Below the pieces are notes generated by a model, which was given only the letters and a program-made list of their open reading frames with translations, was not told the origin of the DNA and ran no database searches. A program made the translations under genes and the position numbers. From Oopsacas minuta (taxonomy: Eukaryota; Animalia; Porifera), in assembly GCA_024704765.1 (NCBI GenBank), contig JAKMXF010000053.1:1-46318 (forward strand): DNA of 46,318 bases, given 5' to 3'. Below, one piece after another: positions 1 to 12,105 of this stretch (its first letter is position 1; each line of letters opens with the position of its first letter).

Positions 1-2430
1 TACAGCTTTGTATGACAATAATTATGTGAAATAATTTGATTTACACTATTTTCGGTTTAAATAGATATGTATTTTTGTATTTGATATAATATCACATTCC
101 TATGTAATTATCCGAATCACAATATTATGCTTCATACGAGATTGTGTCACAATTCCACAATAACTAATGCGTTGACTAGTTATTAGTGTTTGTTATTGAT
201 TCAACAAACTATTAAGAATATCTTGAAATTTGAATATTTTTTGAAATTTAATATGATGTCATAAATTTCAAATGCTAACTCATTCTCACATTCTGACATG
301 ACAAAGATATTTGTCTATTTTCAACCCCAGTAGCCATATTTCAGGGGACAATATTGTGAATTTTGAATTGAGATCCTACTGGAAATATTAACCCAAAATA
401 TCCCACTGTGATTATTTTAGTGGGACATCGTGGGACACAGCATATTTGTACATGTTAGAAAAATTCAGTCGTGTCCGCGTAATCCGAATTCGCTTGGACA
501 TCAGAAATATATCCGCATTCGCTCTCTCTGAATTTCAATCACTGTAACTTATTAACATGCACAACATTGTATATCAAACTGGACATGATAAATAACACGG
601 ATTTCGCACACTAAACTGTAATTTTATTAATGGCGTTATATGGAATTAACCCCGAATACCGCCAAAGCCTTTAGATATAAATTCTTTTCTACAGCTTTTG
701 GCTGTTTATATAGATTAAATGAAACTACACTTAATTGTTTGGAATTCGATACAATACATTTCAAGTCAATATTAACACGGTTAAGACAGGTTAAGACCCT
801 GATAAGGAGTACAAATTTATACACTTTATCCATCCTCTTCAATCAGGGTGGGTCACCCTGGAATACTTGACCCACAGCCTGGTCGTGGGTCCAATTTTCA
901 GATGATATACTTGAAGTACCTTGTACCTCCTGGTCTTTCACGCTCGGTGTTTAACGAGACACTACTGTATTTGAAATTTGAAAGTCCAGGGCAATTTCCA
1001 TCCATGGTCTAGAATTTGAATAGAGTCCCATTGACTTAGTGTATAGACTCCGATGAGGGTGCCATCCATGGTCTGCTGCTATAGCTCATAAACATACGAA
1101 CTTTATGATAATTTTATATATTTTGTACAGAAACGATATTAGATCATTTCGTATTTCAAATATCTAATCTAATATCAATATTTGACCTTTTACTGGCTTC
1201 AATAATAATTTTGAACTTTTCCTTACTAAGAGAATATATTTGCCAATTTTTTACTTCCATGGAATGATGATATGTATCTCTACAAGTAAGTAATGCATGC
1301 ATCATTAGCGGATCCATAAATGTTTAAAGGTGGCCCAGAAGTAAAGCGACCGTGTGAGCAGTTTATAATCTGTCTGACGTTTGCATCCTAAAATTTTTTG
1401 ACTTAGATATATAGAAATCAATTTCAACGGTAATTCCTCATAATAGTGCAACTAAATTTCTGTTATTCTTATCTCGGATTGACTCAATGTGAACGATTGA
1501 AATGTCAATAACCCGCTACTGTAAAGTCAATTGTGGCCTGCCAACGGTACTGGGATTTCAACTACTCTGCCGTCAGGTCCAGGGATTTTAAGTTTTAACA
1601 AAGGACTGGTTGTCTGTATTGACGACATAAGTGAAAATATTTGGCCAGTGCCATTCCCCTGTAGAAGTCTGTGGATATCTTCAAGACAAGTGAACGTAAC
1701 CCGCGAATTTTGATGTGCCGAGGGATTTCGGTAGCTAAAAGAGAAAAATCTGAGCTCTGTATACGGATAAAACTAAGATCAGTTGGAGTGATGCGAGTAT
1801 ATTGACTTTCTTTGCCCTCGAATGGGGTAAAAATGGCATTGACATTGCCTTAGCGTATTAAAATGCAATGGTTTATTGTTTTGTACCCAAATTGGGAAAA
1901 CTTACTTGTGGTTTTACAGCTCTAGTACCCTCCATCCGTAGATTAATGCAGGGTATATCTCTTTATTTTGTTGATATAACATTACATTGTGGAGAGATGT
2001 GAGCGTAGCCGAAAGTTTTTATGTACTCTATCTCAATATTTCATTGCATTAATATAATGGTTCAGTAACACAGCCATCCAAATGTGATTTCTCTTCTAAT
2101 CTCCCTTAATTTACTAACCCCCTAACTACACTGATCCCCAACTTGAATTTCTTGGTTCCGCTCCAATTTACCTAACATTGTTGTACTGCTAGATAGTCTC
2201 ATCAGTACAAATTATAGATCTAGCTTATTTTTTTGGGAGCGGTAGGAACTCTAATTGTTTCCTAAGCAAATCATTTTACAATCAATCACTAAGCATATCT
2301 TTCCAAGAGAAAGGTATCTGGTTTTCGACTAAATTAATGTTGTTAATATACTGAACCCTTTTCTCCAGTCTGTTTCTTTATAGATTTTTTATAATATCAT
2401 TCATCGTAGACAAGTTTATTTACACTTAAT

Positions 2431-2826
2431 ATGGCTGATAGAATTACACAGCTCCAACAAGCAATTCACCTTCTTGCTGATCATTTTTGCAATAGCGTTG
2501 GATTGCTGCAACAAGCTGCTGAACTTGCTAATCCACAAGCAATCCGTCACTTACATGATAATGATCCTTCACCATTACCACAAATATATTCCAGGTGTAT
2601 TTCTAGGACTTCTTATGACATTTGTACTATTATTGAATCATTACCAACTCTTGAGTTAAAACTTGATAATCATTTCATTCGACTACAATCAGCGATAATA
2701 ACTAATGATGAGCGTGCGAAACAGTTGATCTTAATCTTAAATATTGCAAAAGATTTTTTGTTAAGTATACGTAATGCACAGACAAAAATATCAGACTTAC
2801 AATTAACGATGTTTAAAGAATTCTGA
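2431..2826 (+). CDS. MED21: Mediator complex subunit 21 (Srb7), single coding exon, 131 aa
   Basis: N-terminus MADRITQLQQAIHLLADHFCNSVGLLQQ matches the animal MED21 start ([28 protein letters not shown]). Later ISRTSYDICTIIESLP matches IARTAKDIDVLIDSLP. The ORF is intact and the length fits the family. Confidence 0.87.
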   Translation: MADRITQLQQAIHLLADHFCNSVGLLQQAAELANPQAIRHLHDNDPSPLPQIYSRCISRTSYDICTIIESLPTLELKLDNHFIRLQSAIITNDERAKQLILILNIAKDFLLSIRNAQTKISDLQLTMFKEF

Positions 2827-3707
2827 TTATTTATTTATGTTTGTTTGAGCGCCAAAAAGTATTCAAATTATGGATTCTTCTGAGTATTCAGCGCAAGCAG
2901 AGACTGATAGGATAGAAATATATTGGGGCTCTAACATCATATAATTATTTAATGTATTTAGGGTAAAGCTCAAATTTATTTAATGTTTGATTTGCGGTCA
3001 TAATATAACTGTATATTGAATTTGATCTATGAATTTCGGATTCATCATGATTTAACACGGTGCATGCATTGTTAGAATACTGAAGGTCATCGTTAGTCCG
3101 AGTCGAGTTATTGGTGGACTCCCAGGTTCGATTTTGTTTCTTAAAACTTGGCACCAATGAAATACCCCTTGCCATAGAGGGTGATACAAAGGTCTCTTGT
3201 TGCCGAGGGTGTCAGGACATCCAGGATAACCACGGTGGCGCTGGCCCTGAATAATTACGACCTACGAAGTTCGAACTAGGCTTCGGAGTAATGCAGCGTT
3301 CCCATTTAGTTTCAAATCTATGAATTATGTGAAACCTGCCACCTTAGGCCTTACTCACAATAACTATTATTCACTGTACTTTAGTACCAGGTTATCGGAT
3401 GATGTACTCATTTTAGGCTAATATTGTTATGAATATGCGACCAAATATTTCAAATTTCAAATTCTCATTTCATGTATGTCATTGAGCTGTGAATTTCATA
3501 TAGGCAAATAAACTGTTTCACTCCCATAGTTTCTGTCTCCAAGTTCAGGATGATTCGGGGTAGAATAGGGTCGATCAATCGAATAAATACGGCACTTTGT
3601 TTATTCTCATTAAACAATATACTCTCACGTTCAGATAGCCAACTTAATAAAACACTATTTGGTACTCCCAATGCTCCAATTAAACTATAGCGGAACTAGA
3701 ATACGTA

Positions 3708-5087
3708 CAGTCTGTCAACTTGAAATTGGGAAAATCTTTTCGATGTTAGAATGTTCCTAATTGTATTTTCAAATTGGTTATCGTAATAATATTGATAGAT
3801 TGTGTTTTTCAACTATTTCTAGTCATTTCTTAACCAACTGAACTTCTCTAGTTGACTGCGGTTACAAAATATTTCAATTTATACTTAGTTACTAATCAAA
3901 TATTCTATATAAATATTTATCACTTGAATTTCTCGCAACACTTCTATTTCTTCGCTAATAATTCTTTACTTTCATCAATTCAAAACCTTAAAATGAACAA
4001 GCAAGAACAGCGTAACAATATCAAGATACTTTTCACAGGAATCACGAATTGTATGGAATTATCTCGAAGAACTGGAGTTCCAAAAAGTACAGTTTATCGC
4101 ACTGTTTACAAATTGAGGAATGCTGAATCCGTTGATAGAAAGATTGGTTCCGGGAAACAGCGTCAGATCAAAGCAAATAACGCTAGATCACTTGTTAGTT
4201 TGGCAATCAACAATCCTAGGTTATCTGTGAGGAAGTTGTCTTGCAAATTTAACAAAAGGCGGGTCTATCGTTCTCACACGAGGCTGTAAGGATTGAGATG
4301 AAGCGGCGTGGCTTCACCTGCAAGGTTGCTAGAAAGATTCCGATGCTTACACAAACCCATAAGGCTTATCGTGTCGATTGGGCTAAGTCTAACAGATGTA
4401 GAGATTGGGAGAAAGTGATATTTAGCGATGAGATGTCCATTTGGCTAGCTGGTGGCAGAGTATGTGCCTGGTGTAAAGGTGATTCGAAACCAGTAAAACT
4501 CAGTACGAAACACTCTCCTAAATTGCATGTTTGGGGGAGCGTTTTCAGCACGTGGAACGTTTCCTATCAAGGTTTTCAGAGAAAATCTCACCGGGCGACT
4601 TTACTGCGACATTCTGCACGAATGTTTAGGAAAACAAGTAAGTGTCTTGTACCCTGATGGATAGGTTTTCCAGGAAGACAACGATCCCAAACACACGTGC
4701 AACCTTGCTAAAGGATACATGGAGGAGAAAGGGATACATAGGATGGATTGGCCTGCTTGTAGTCCGGATTTGAATCCGATCGAGAACCTCTGGTCGTGGA
4801 TCAAGAGAGAAATCGATTTGAAGTCACCACGAATTTAAATGAGCTGGAAAGGGAGCTAAATGAAGTATGGAATTCTTTAGAACATGAATTTTTACGTCCA
4901 TTTTGGTCATCGATGCCAAAAAGAGTCAAATTAGTACGGAAAAGTAACGGAAATAAGATAAATTATTAGGCCTACTATATTATTGATTGTTTAAGGATTC
5001 TAATAACATATTTAGAATAGAAATACACTAAATGTACTTGTAGCTAGGGAAAAACAAAGATCTTCCCAATTTCAAGTTGACAGACTG
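3708..5087 (+). mobile_element. Tc1-family (DD34E) DNA transposon, full length (1380 bp), defective
   Basis: 32-bp TIRs CAGTCTGTCAACTTGAAATTGGGAA(A/G)ATCTTT with 1 mismatch; TA TSD at 3706-07 and 5088-89. Confidence 0.95.
3993..4969 (+). pseudogene. Tc1 transposase, frameshifted
   Basis: HTH region with GSGKQR; VIFSDEMSIW, FQEDNDPKH and WPACSPDLNPIENLW, with 34 residues between the second D and the E. Split across ORFs 3852-4289, 4298-4657 and a third frame. Confidence 0.92.
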
Positions 5088-5954
5088 TATATACGCTGGT
5101 GTTGCCAGGATGAAACTGACACTTGTTACAAAGCAAGTACTGTTATATATATATTTGCCTAGCGTGCGAAGCGAGAGAGCCCAAAACTTTTCTCAGATAA
5201 ATAAATCATTATTGGGGGATTCATGGCTTACTTACTTTTTCAAAGGTACAATATTGTGACGTCGAATATTTCGCTTGAAATGAATGTATGTACCCTAACG
5301 CATGGCTTACTTGAATTACGGCTAAATATTCCCCCGAGAAGTCTTGAAAACAAGAATCCCACCTGGAAATGTGTTAGTCCCACATATCTCGAGAGTATGT
5401 AGGATAAAGCTTAAGTATGTATTAATGACATATAGAATATGGTATCAAAGTATGCATTTGAATTGCCCAAAATATGATATCTCATCATGGTGTTTCGCTG
5501 AAGCTATTTTTAGAGAGAAAATACTTCTTTTCAAATGTGTGTTGAACCATTTTGTCAAGTGTTTTTCATGCTTGACTGTTTTATATTATGACGAAGGCGA
5601 ATAGTTAATTTGAAAAAATCGTTTGTATGAATGAAGCGTGAACACATTCTTGTGTTGCAGGAAATGTGTTTCTGTTTGTTGAGGCTATAACTCTAAGCTA
5701 TGAGCCCTGTTCAGTAGGAAATTGACCCACAACACAAAATCCTAATAGCATATCCATGGTTCGGGTCAAAAGCATACGATATAATCTACACGTAGGATAA
5801 TTACGATCATCTGCTTAAATAATATATGGAATAACATGTCCTTCTGTTGACGATATAGGAATGGTAAACCATTACATTAGGGTAATCGAGTATGCTGATT
5901 CTGATTTTCACATTTGAGTTAATAATGTGTAAATTTTTTGTGATTTTATGAATC

Positions 5955-6460
5955 CTAAAGCGCTTCGGTTGAAAGGTCGCTGCCCACAGCTTAATGCCCC
6001 AGGTCGTCATAAGAATTTTGTAGCTAAATTCCTTGATGTTTCGGGTCGCTATGCTACCGGGTATTATACTCAGCACTACGTGCCTAGGGGATAATTGTTA
6101 AATTTTTATTTTTAATTATCCATTGTCCATATAAATCCATTTACTGGCCTTGTGTGGCAATACTGAAGATGATATGCCGCTTTTGGTTAGTAATCTCGGC
6201 ACTTTGTGTCACTAGTATTAAGAAATTCTGAAATTTTGGTACAGTCATGATGACGTAATAATCCCATGATGAGTTAGCTTTTGGTCAGAATCATGACGTC
6301 AGGACATTTGTCACATTGAGGGATACCTGTGATTCAAAACTTCTATCATGATACTGGCTGAGCAGTGGTTAATAATGTGATTTTTCAGAATCCAAAAGAT
6401 GACAATAACGTCATAATTTCGTCATGGGTGTGAATTTTCTTCCAAGACTCGAACTTCTTT
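5955..6460 (-). mobile_element. Non-autonomous Helitron-like element, copy A (degenerate)
   Basis: Colinear similarity to 15629-16163 and 31090-32618 (CTTTTGGTTAGT, CAGTCATGATGACGT, GTGATTCAAA, GGCTGAGCAGTG, TCCAAGACTC blocks). Degenerate 3' end CTAAAGCGCTTCGGTTG near 5955. Confidence 0.6.
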
Positions 6461-7439
6461 CATGTGCGGCAGCGTGGCAAGCGAAGTTGCTCGTAATGTA
6501 ATTTAGTCGTAGGATTTGCCCCACACATTATGAAGATAGTGGTAGGATTTTGACCCTTAGTAATGCATTAGATAATTCTCCATCCTTTCACTTTTCGTAG
6601 CGTAAATGAATACACAAGTCAACTAGAGTTAGACCCTAGTAGTAATTGCTCTAGTAGTGAATTTTTGATAGCATGTAAACTATGCTTCCACTACCTAATA
6701 CAACTCGTATATTATCAAACGTATCAAAAATGGATAGTATGTAAATAGTTTATAATATTATTCCTCGTTGTTTCACAGAGGTGGTAGAAATTTGGCAATT
6801 GTATTGGATAACTACATAAATAATGTAACATGTTAGTCAATATATTTCTATATTCTATTTACTGACAAATATTTTGCAAAGCATTTGCATGATAATGAAT
6901 ATTCGGAAGATTTTGAATACGAATTGTAGGGGATTTAATCTTTGTCCATTTCTCTATACTTTCTACCAAACTTTAAGGAATATGACACTGAAATGGCATG
7001 TTCATCTATTTGACACTCGTAGACTATCCATTTTACGGGAGCTTTGTGGAGTGTTGATCCGCATAGAGAGTTGACGTGAAAACCATCAGCCATTCCCGCG
7101 ATGCATACTCCTGGATATCACTAAGATTTCTATAAATAATACAAGCCAGCTGCGGTTGCCTCATCCTTCCCTTACAACCACCCCTAACGCTAAACGTTAA
7201 CCTTACTTTGTATTGTTGCAGTGTAGGAATGAGTTTTGTGTGATTGCGATCACACCAGATTCGCTTCTACACTGCAACATATACGTATACATACAATAAA
7301 TCTTAATTTAACAGACACCATACAGTACAAACACGCGAGGAGCTAACGGACCCGACTCAGCATAAACAAGGACACATTAAATAGAAATTAGATAATAGTT
7401 CGCTTGTATTTGATTCCATGCTACGCTTCGCTCCGTGTA

Positions 7440-8200
7440 GACTTGTCAGTTTCGCTCACTTTCTCGTAATACGCTTGAGATGGTAAAGTGATGACATTTG
7501 CCAATGAGGATGTGCTGTTGCAGGTCGCGTTTCCATCATCTGTGCTCACCATGATAGGGATTGCGTTGCCTGAATAACCTCGACCAGAGATCCCACATGG
7601 TACTATGTAGCCTGCCTTGAGCCCTTTCGAATGGTGAAGTGACGAATGTGAAGTTAGCTGAATATTCGACCAGCAGTACTTCAACCATTGAGTTGACTAA
7701 CTTACCATGGTCAGAATGTAAATTTTTTGGACCATTCGAAAGAAGAGTTTCTGAAAATGAATTTATATTTTATATACATTTATTCTATCTAGTACAAATT
7801 GGTGCATGTAACCAGCAGCAGTCACATTAATTTAGTATACTTAAAGAAATTATTACTGTGCCGACTATACTTTAGTATACTCGGCCTAGTATTAAAACAG
7901 TTGCCTATATTTTTTATTTTTTATTTTTCGCTCCGTGAAAGTCCTGCATCGAAACTGGATAGAATTAAGGTGATATATGTTGTGAGAAATATTGAAGATA
8001 TTCGTCGGGTGTACTTTTCCTCTTTCCTAATCAATCGGACACCAAGTGCCACTCTTCCACACTGGTCAATCTTTTGTCTGGCCTCTAGCAAAATATATGA
8101 AAGGAGAGGTGCCAAAATTTTTTCACACCTTTCGAAAGAGAAAAATTTCTATACCTTCGTACTCTTCTGGAATTTTTTCTATTGGGTATAGTTTAATTCC
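7440..8200 (-). pseudogene. Ginger/KRBA2-SCAND3-like DDE integrase relic
   Basis: Minus-strand fragments: YILLEARQKIDQCGRVAL (H2C2 zinc-binding region), GPKNLHSDHGK (consensus PKILHSDNG) and RNPYH...RDLQQ. Many frameshifts. Confidence 0.55.
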
Positions 8201-9073
8201 TGAAAGTAAATGAAAGATCTTCATCATATAGCACTATGTCATTGGTAAAAATGAAATCTTTTCCAGTATTCCCTTCTATTAATATTATTTAGTCGACTGA
8301 TAATTATTACAAACAAATGGAACATTATATGGACTAGATAATCATTGTAAATTGTAATTATATTGTTGATGGATCTGAAATCCGAGCAGAGCGAGGAAAA
8401 TATATAATTACAACCTGTGCTGATAGCTTAGCCTATTAAATTCAATTTGTTTAAAAATTGGCACTATTAATTGGAGGCCCTATTTTAAATTTTTATGTTC
8501 AAATAGTAAAACTTTTTGGAATATTTAGGCTAGAAAACTGGCTGTTTTGAGTTGAGTCACTATACAAGATTTGTACTAAGCACACAAAATTTAATTAAAC
8601 ATTTTAATCCATTCTAACTATAGTAACACCTACAGATTACTTCAATATCAACTGTTTGATGTCAGTTGACTCATTATGAATTACTCAAGGAATCATAGAA
8701 TATACAAAGTAATTTTAATTATGTCATATCAATTAGTTTCTATATATTCCAAAATAGATTAAATATAATTCATGTTTATATGTCGAGTAGTAATGGATAA
8801 TCAAATTATCAGATTATATGCTACTTGCATAGTCTTGATTTGTACTGTTACGAGTTGATGTATTTAGTTGTTGTGTACCTCTCTAGTAGGCAACAGAAGT
8901 TATGAAGCTATAAGGACTCACATATATATTCTAGGTTATATTATTTATCTTCACTTGTACTGATATCAAAGTCTAATTCTATCGTTTGTCCATTTCATTG
9001 TTGATCAACTCTTAGGATCGTTCGTACTTGTCCCTTTCATTGTTCATCGCTCGTGTGGCGTGCCATTATGTTG

Positions 9074-9497
9074 CAGAGCATTAAAGGAGCGCCCTCCAAT
9101 TTAGGAACGGTGCCTGGAGTGGAAAGTGGAGCGGCGCTCTATTTTTGGAGGAGCGCGCTCCTATTTAATTGCAAACAATTCACAAATTTCATCCTTATTC
9201 TACATAAATTTCAGTATTCTTGCTATAAATAGTGGATGCTGGTACACTTTTGTATAAATCACAATTTATTGAAATGGTTTGACTTTGCATATTCAGCAAT
9301 TTCCCGTGGGTACAATAGTTATATTCAATCCTGATTACTTAAATACGAATCCCATGTAATTCTTAAAGAATTAAAAGGAGAGGAATTGGAACGGGAGCCG
9401 GAGTGCGCTCCATTTCTGAGTAAGGAGTTGAGGTGGGAGTGAGCTCCCTTTCCCGGCCTGAGCCCGCTCCAAAATGTTAGGAGCGCTTAATGCTATG
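9074..9497. mobile_element. GC-rich MITE-like element, probably hAT-type
   Basis: 11-bp TIR CA(G/T)AGCATTAA; many subterminal GGAGCG/CGCTCC motifs at both ends; TSD only weak (5/8). Confidence 0.5.
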
Positions 9498-10429
9498 CTG
9501 TGGTGTTAGTAGTTTCCACCTTTATGGGACAAAGATGGGGTTTGATACGAGGATTTTTCAATTTTCCCACCCGGGTCATTTCAAATGCCAAAACACTGTC
9601 TTATCTCTTATGTAGGTTACTAGGGACAAAATAATCTTTGCTTATGTAATATTATAAGCCTAAATGTCAAATGCCTGCACAATTTAGGGCCAATTCCCCC
9701 ATAAAGCCTCATTTATTGCCAAGACCTAGAGACAAACATTTATAGCTAAATAATGAGCAAGCTAATAGATGTAAATATGGAAACAGCAGTGAAAGAAACA
9801 AAAAATATATATACAAGCTCAGTTTTTTGTCTTAGCTTTTCTATAATCAATCAAGGAAAGGTAATTTCTTTGGATAAAGAAAGTCACCATTTCGAATGAG
9901 GGCATGGGGTTTTGTATTATTACGAAAAACTGTATTATACTATCTATTTATATGGAATCAGGTATAGAAATACATAAACGAAGGGTAGCACAGCAGGAGT
10001 AAGCCTGAATTTACTTTAATTATTTTATTTAAGGAGTCTAGGGTCTCAAATAAAAACCCGGGTTTCAATAGATGTTAAACAGGTGGCGGTTTGTTGTTAC
10101 CCTAGAAGTTAGACACAAGTGTATCTAAACTCACTACGCCCTCAAAGAATTTCAAATATACGTATTATAGAACACAACCAACTCCTGTTATATCAAACTT
10201 GAATGCAGTAGACTCAGGATATAGCCGTCGCGGTACGATTTGAACCACTATGGTGCTGTTAGTTTTAGTCTGCTATGTTAAGTGAGATTTTAACCGGACC
10301 ACTTTCTTAGGGCTGTTACTGCTTATCTGTACCACTTCAAATCCCTCCAGGCCTGATATAAGAGCAACAGTTATGAACTCATGCAAGTTATGTGAACATC
10401 ATATATAGAGGTTGGCACCCAGTTTTAAC

Positions 10430-10570
10430 AAACAAATCCAACCTTGGAGGCTACCATACGAAATCGCTGCTACCTGTATGTAAATTTCACATGAATACAA
10501 TCTCTGCCTCAAAACCTGGAATCCAGAGACCTCCGAACTCCCAAGCTACTCAAACTTGGCGCCTATCTAA
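10430..10570 (+). repeat. Dispersed repeat, diverged copy also at ~42240-42370
   Basis: TGTAAATTTCACATGAATACAATCTCTGCCTCAAAACCTGGAATCCAGA...TTGGCGCCTAT resembles TGTAAATTTCATGAAGATACAGTCTCCACCTCTAAGCCTGGGGTCCAGA...TTGGCGCCTAT. Confidence 0.55.
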
Positions 10571-10575
10571 ATATA

Positions 10576-10643
10576 AGTAGACTCCGCTTAATAGGACCAC
10601 ATTGGTACCAGGCCATTTTGACCTGATTAAGCGTAGCCTACTG
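10576..10643. mobile_element. Tiny pogo/Tigger-like MITE (68 bp)
   Basis: ~20-bp imperfect TIR (A)AGTAGACTCCGCTTAATAGG vs CAGTAGGCTACGCTTAATCAGG; TA on both flanks. Confidence 0.55.
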
Positions 10644-12105
10644 TAGCTCCAGACGATGTTCTTATAACTAAAGATACATTCACCGCTTATATCAAAGGGA
10701 AAATTTCCTACAAAGCATTCAATCGAGACTATAACTCACAATCCGATTTTGTTATACTTGTGGAGATAGTGGACATGGAGAAAGTGATTTTACGATATGA
10801 AATCTATTAATGGCTGAGGCGAGACTGATGGATGGATTACTCGCTCGATTAACACCCGAATATTTTGGAAATTATTTTTCCATTTCAAATATATTGATTT
10901 TCGTTTAGCCGGATTATCGTGGCCATGTAGTGTTTTTACAAATAATGTCCCAAATAAAATCGCTAACGCTAATGTCAACATAAAGTGAACTCGCTTTTCT
11001 TTGTATGGATTGAAAGTGGATTCAATTTATAAAAGTAACAGCTGATCCTCTCGTGGAACTAAAAAAGGAACATAAAATCCCATATGCGCTGTACTCAACA
11101 GAAAAAGTGTTAAAATATATCAATTTGGGATATTTCTCAGCAACAAATGAATCCTAGTTAAGATATCTTTGAAATGTACTTGATGATAATTTAGCAACAT
11201 TAATGGTGCATAACACCTATTGTTAGAATAGCTGGATGTGGTCCAAGTGGTATTTTTTGGCTAGATAACGCCTAGACCTACCGTTTTTCTTTTAAAGCTA
11301 AGCAATGCGAATTATAGTTTTCGAGACATACCGTGTAAGCAGGTTTTCGCCCCTTTTGGAACCAGGCCACACCAGGTTTAAATTGACCGTTCTGAATAGT
11401 AATAACTACAAATTTCGCAAACTAATAAATTCATAAAAGAATCAATCAACTGACGCAAGCGTTGATATAACCGCAAGATTGATTATATGTGCATTCCTAT
11501 GGTAGTTTATATAGAATTTATCAGCATTATTTCAGTATAGTGGCTACTACAATTTTCTCCATAGGATTTGGCATATTTAGGAGATTTTTCATAACTTCGT
11601 CAGTTCTCATCCGATTTTTGAGTTCGAAAGCTCTATCAGCTTCTCTCAACGAGTTCTTCAACAGTGGATATAGGGATATTTGACCACAATAAAAAAGTTG
11701 GGGAGTGTAGGATTCTATAGTTGTACTTGTTTTTGTTTACTTTCAACTTTTTGAAATATCTCCAATAATAGTTGTGTGTGCACATCTATTTTAATCGAGA
11801 TTTGGGATTGCAATTGAATCAAAATATTTATTGAACAAGTGAATGTTACAAAAACAAACAAGAATATTAAAATCAATTACGTATATGGCTTCATTAACAG
11901 ACAAAAATACATTTGAGGGCTACTATATGCAAAGATAGTTGAAAATTTCCATTATATATCTATATTGATAGGCCACTTCATTTTCCTCTCTAAAAACTCG
12001 AAAGATGACGCTCATATATTTAGCGGAATTTAGCCAAATTTTACCAATTAGAACTCTTTTTATATTTCGATTCTCTAAAGTTCATATTTCTATGCTCTAT
12101 CATCA

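Noticed and set aside
1560-1600. KIPGPDG as the LINE ORF2 KAPGPDG motif
   Set aside because: No endonuclease or RT motifs upstream or downstream.
5950-6095. Short ORFs (MNPKALRLKGRC..., 5807-6076 minus) as genes
   Set aside because: They overlap Helitron copy A and have no recognisable domain.
7180-7205. CCCTAACGCTAAACGTTAACC (also ~14800) as interstitial telomeric repeat
   Set aside because: Too short and degenerate; no tandem TTAGGG array.
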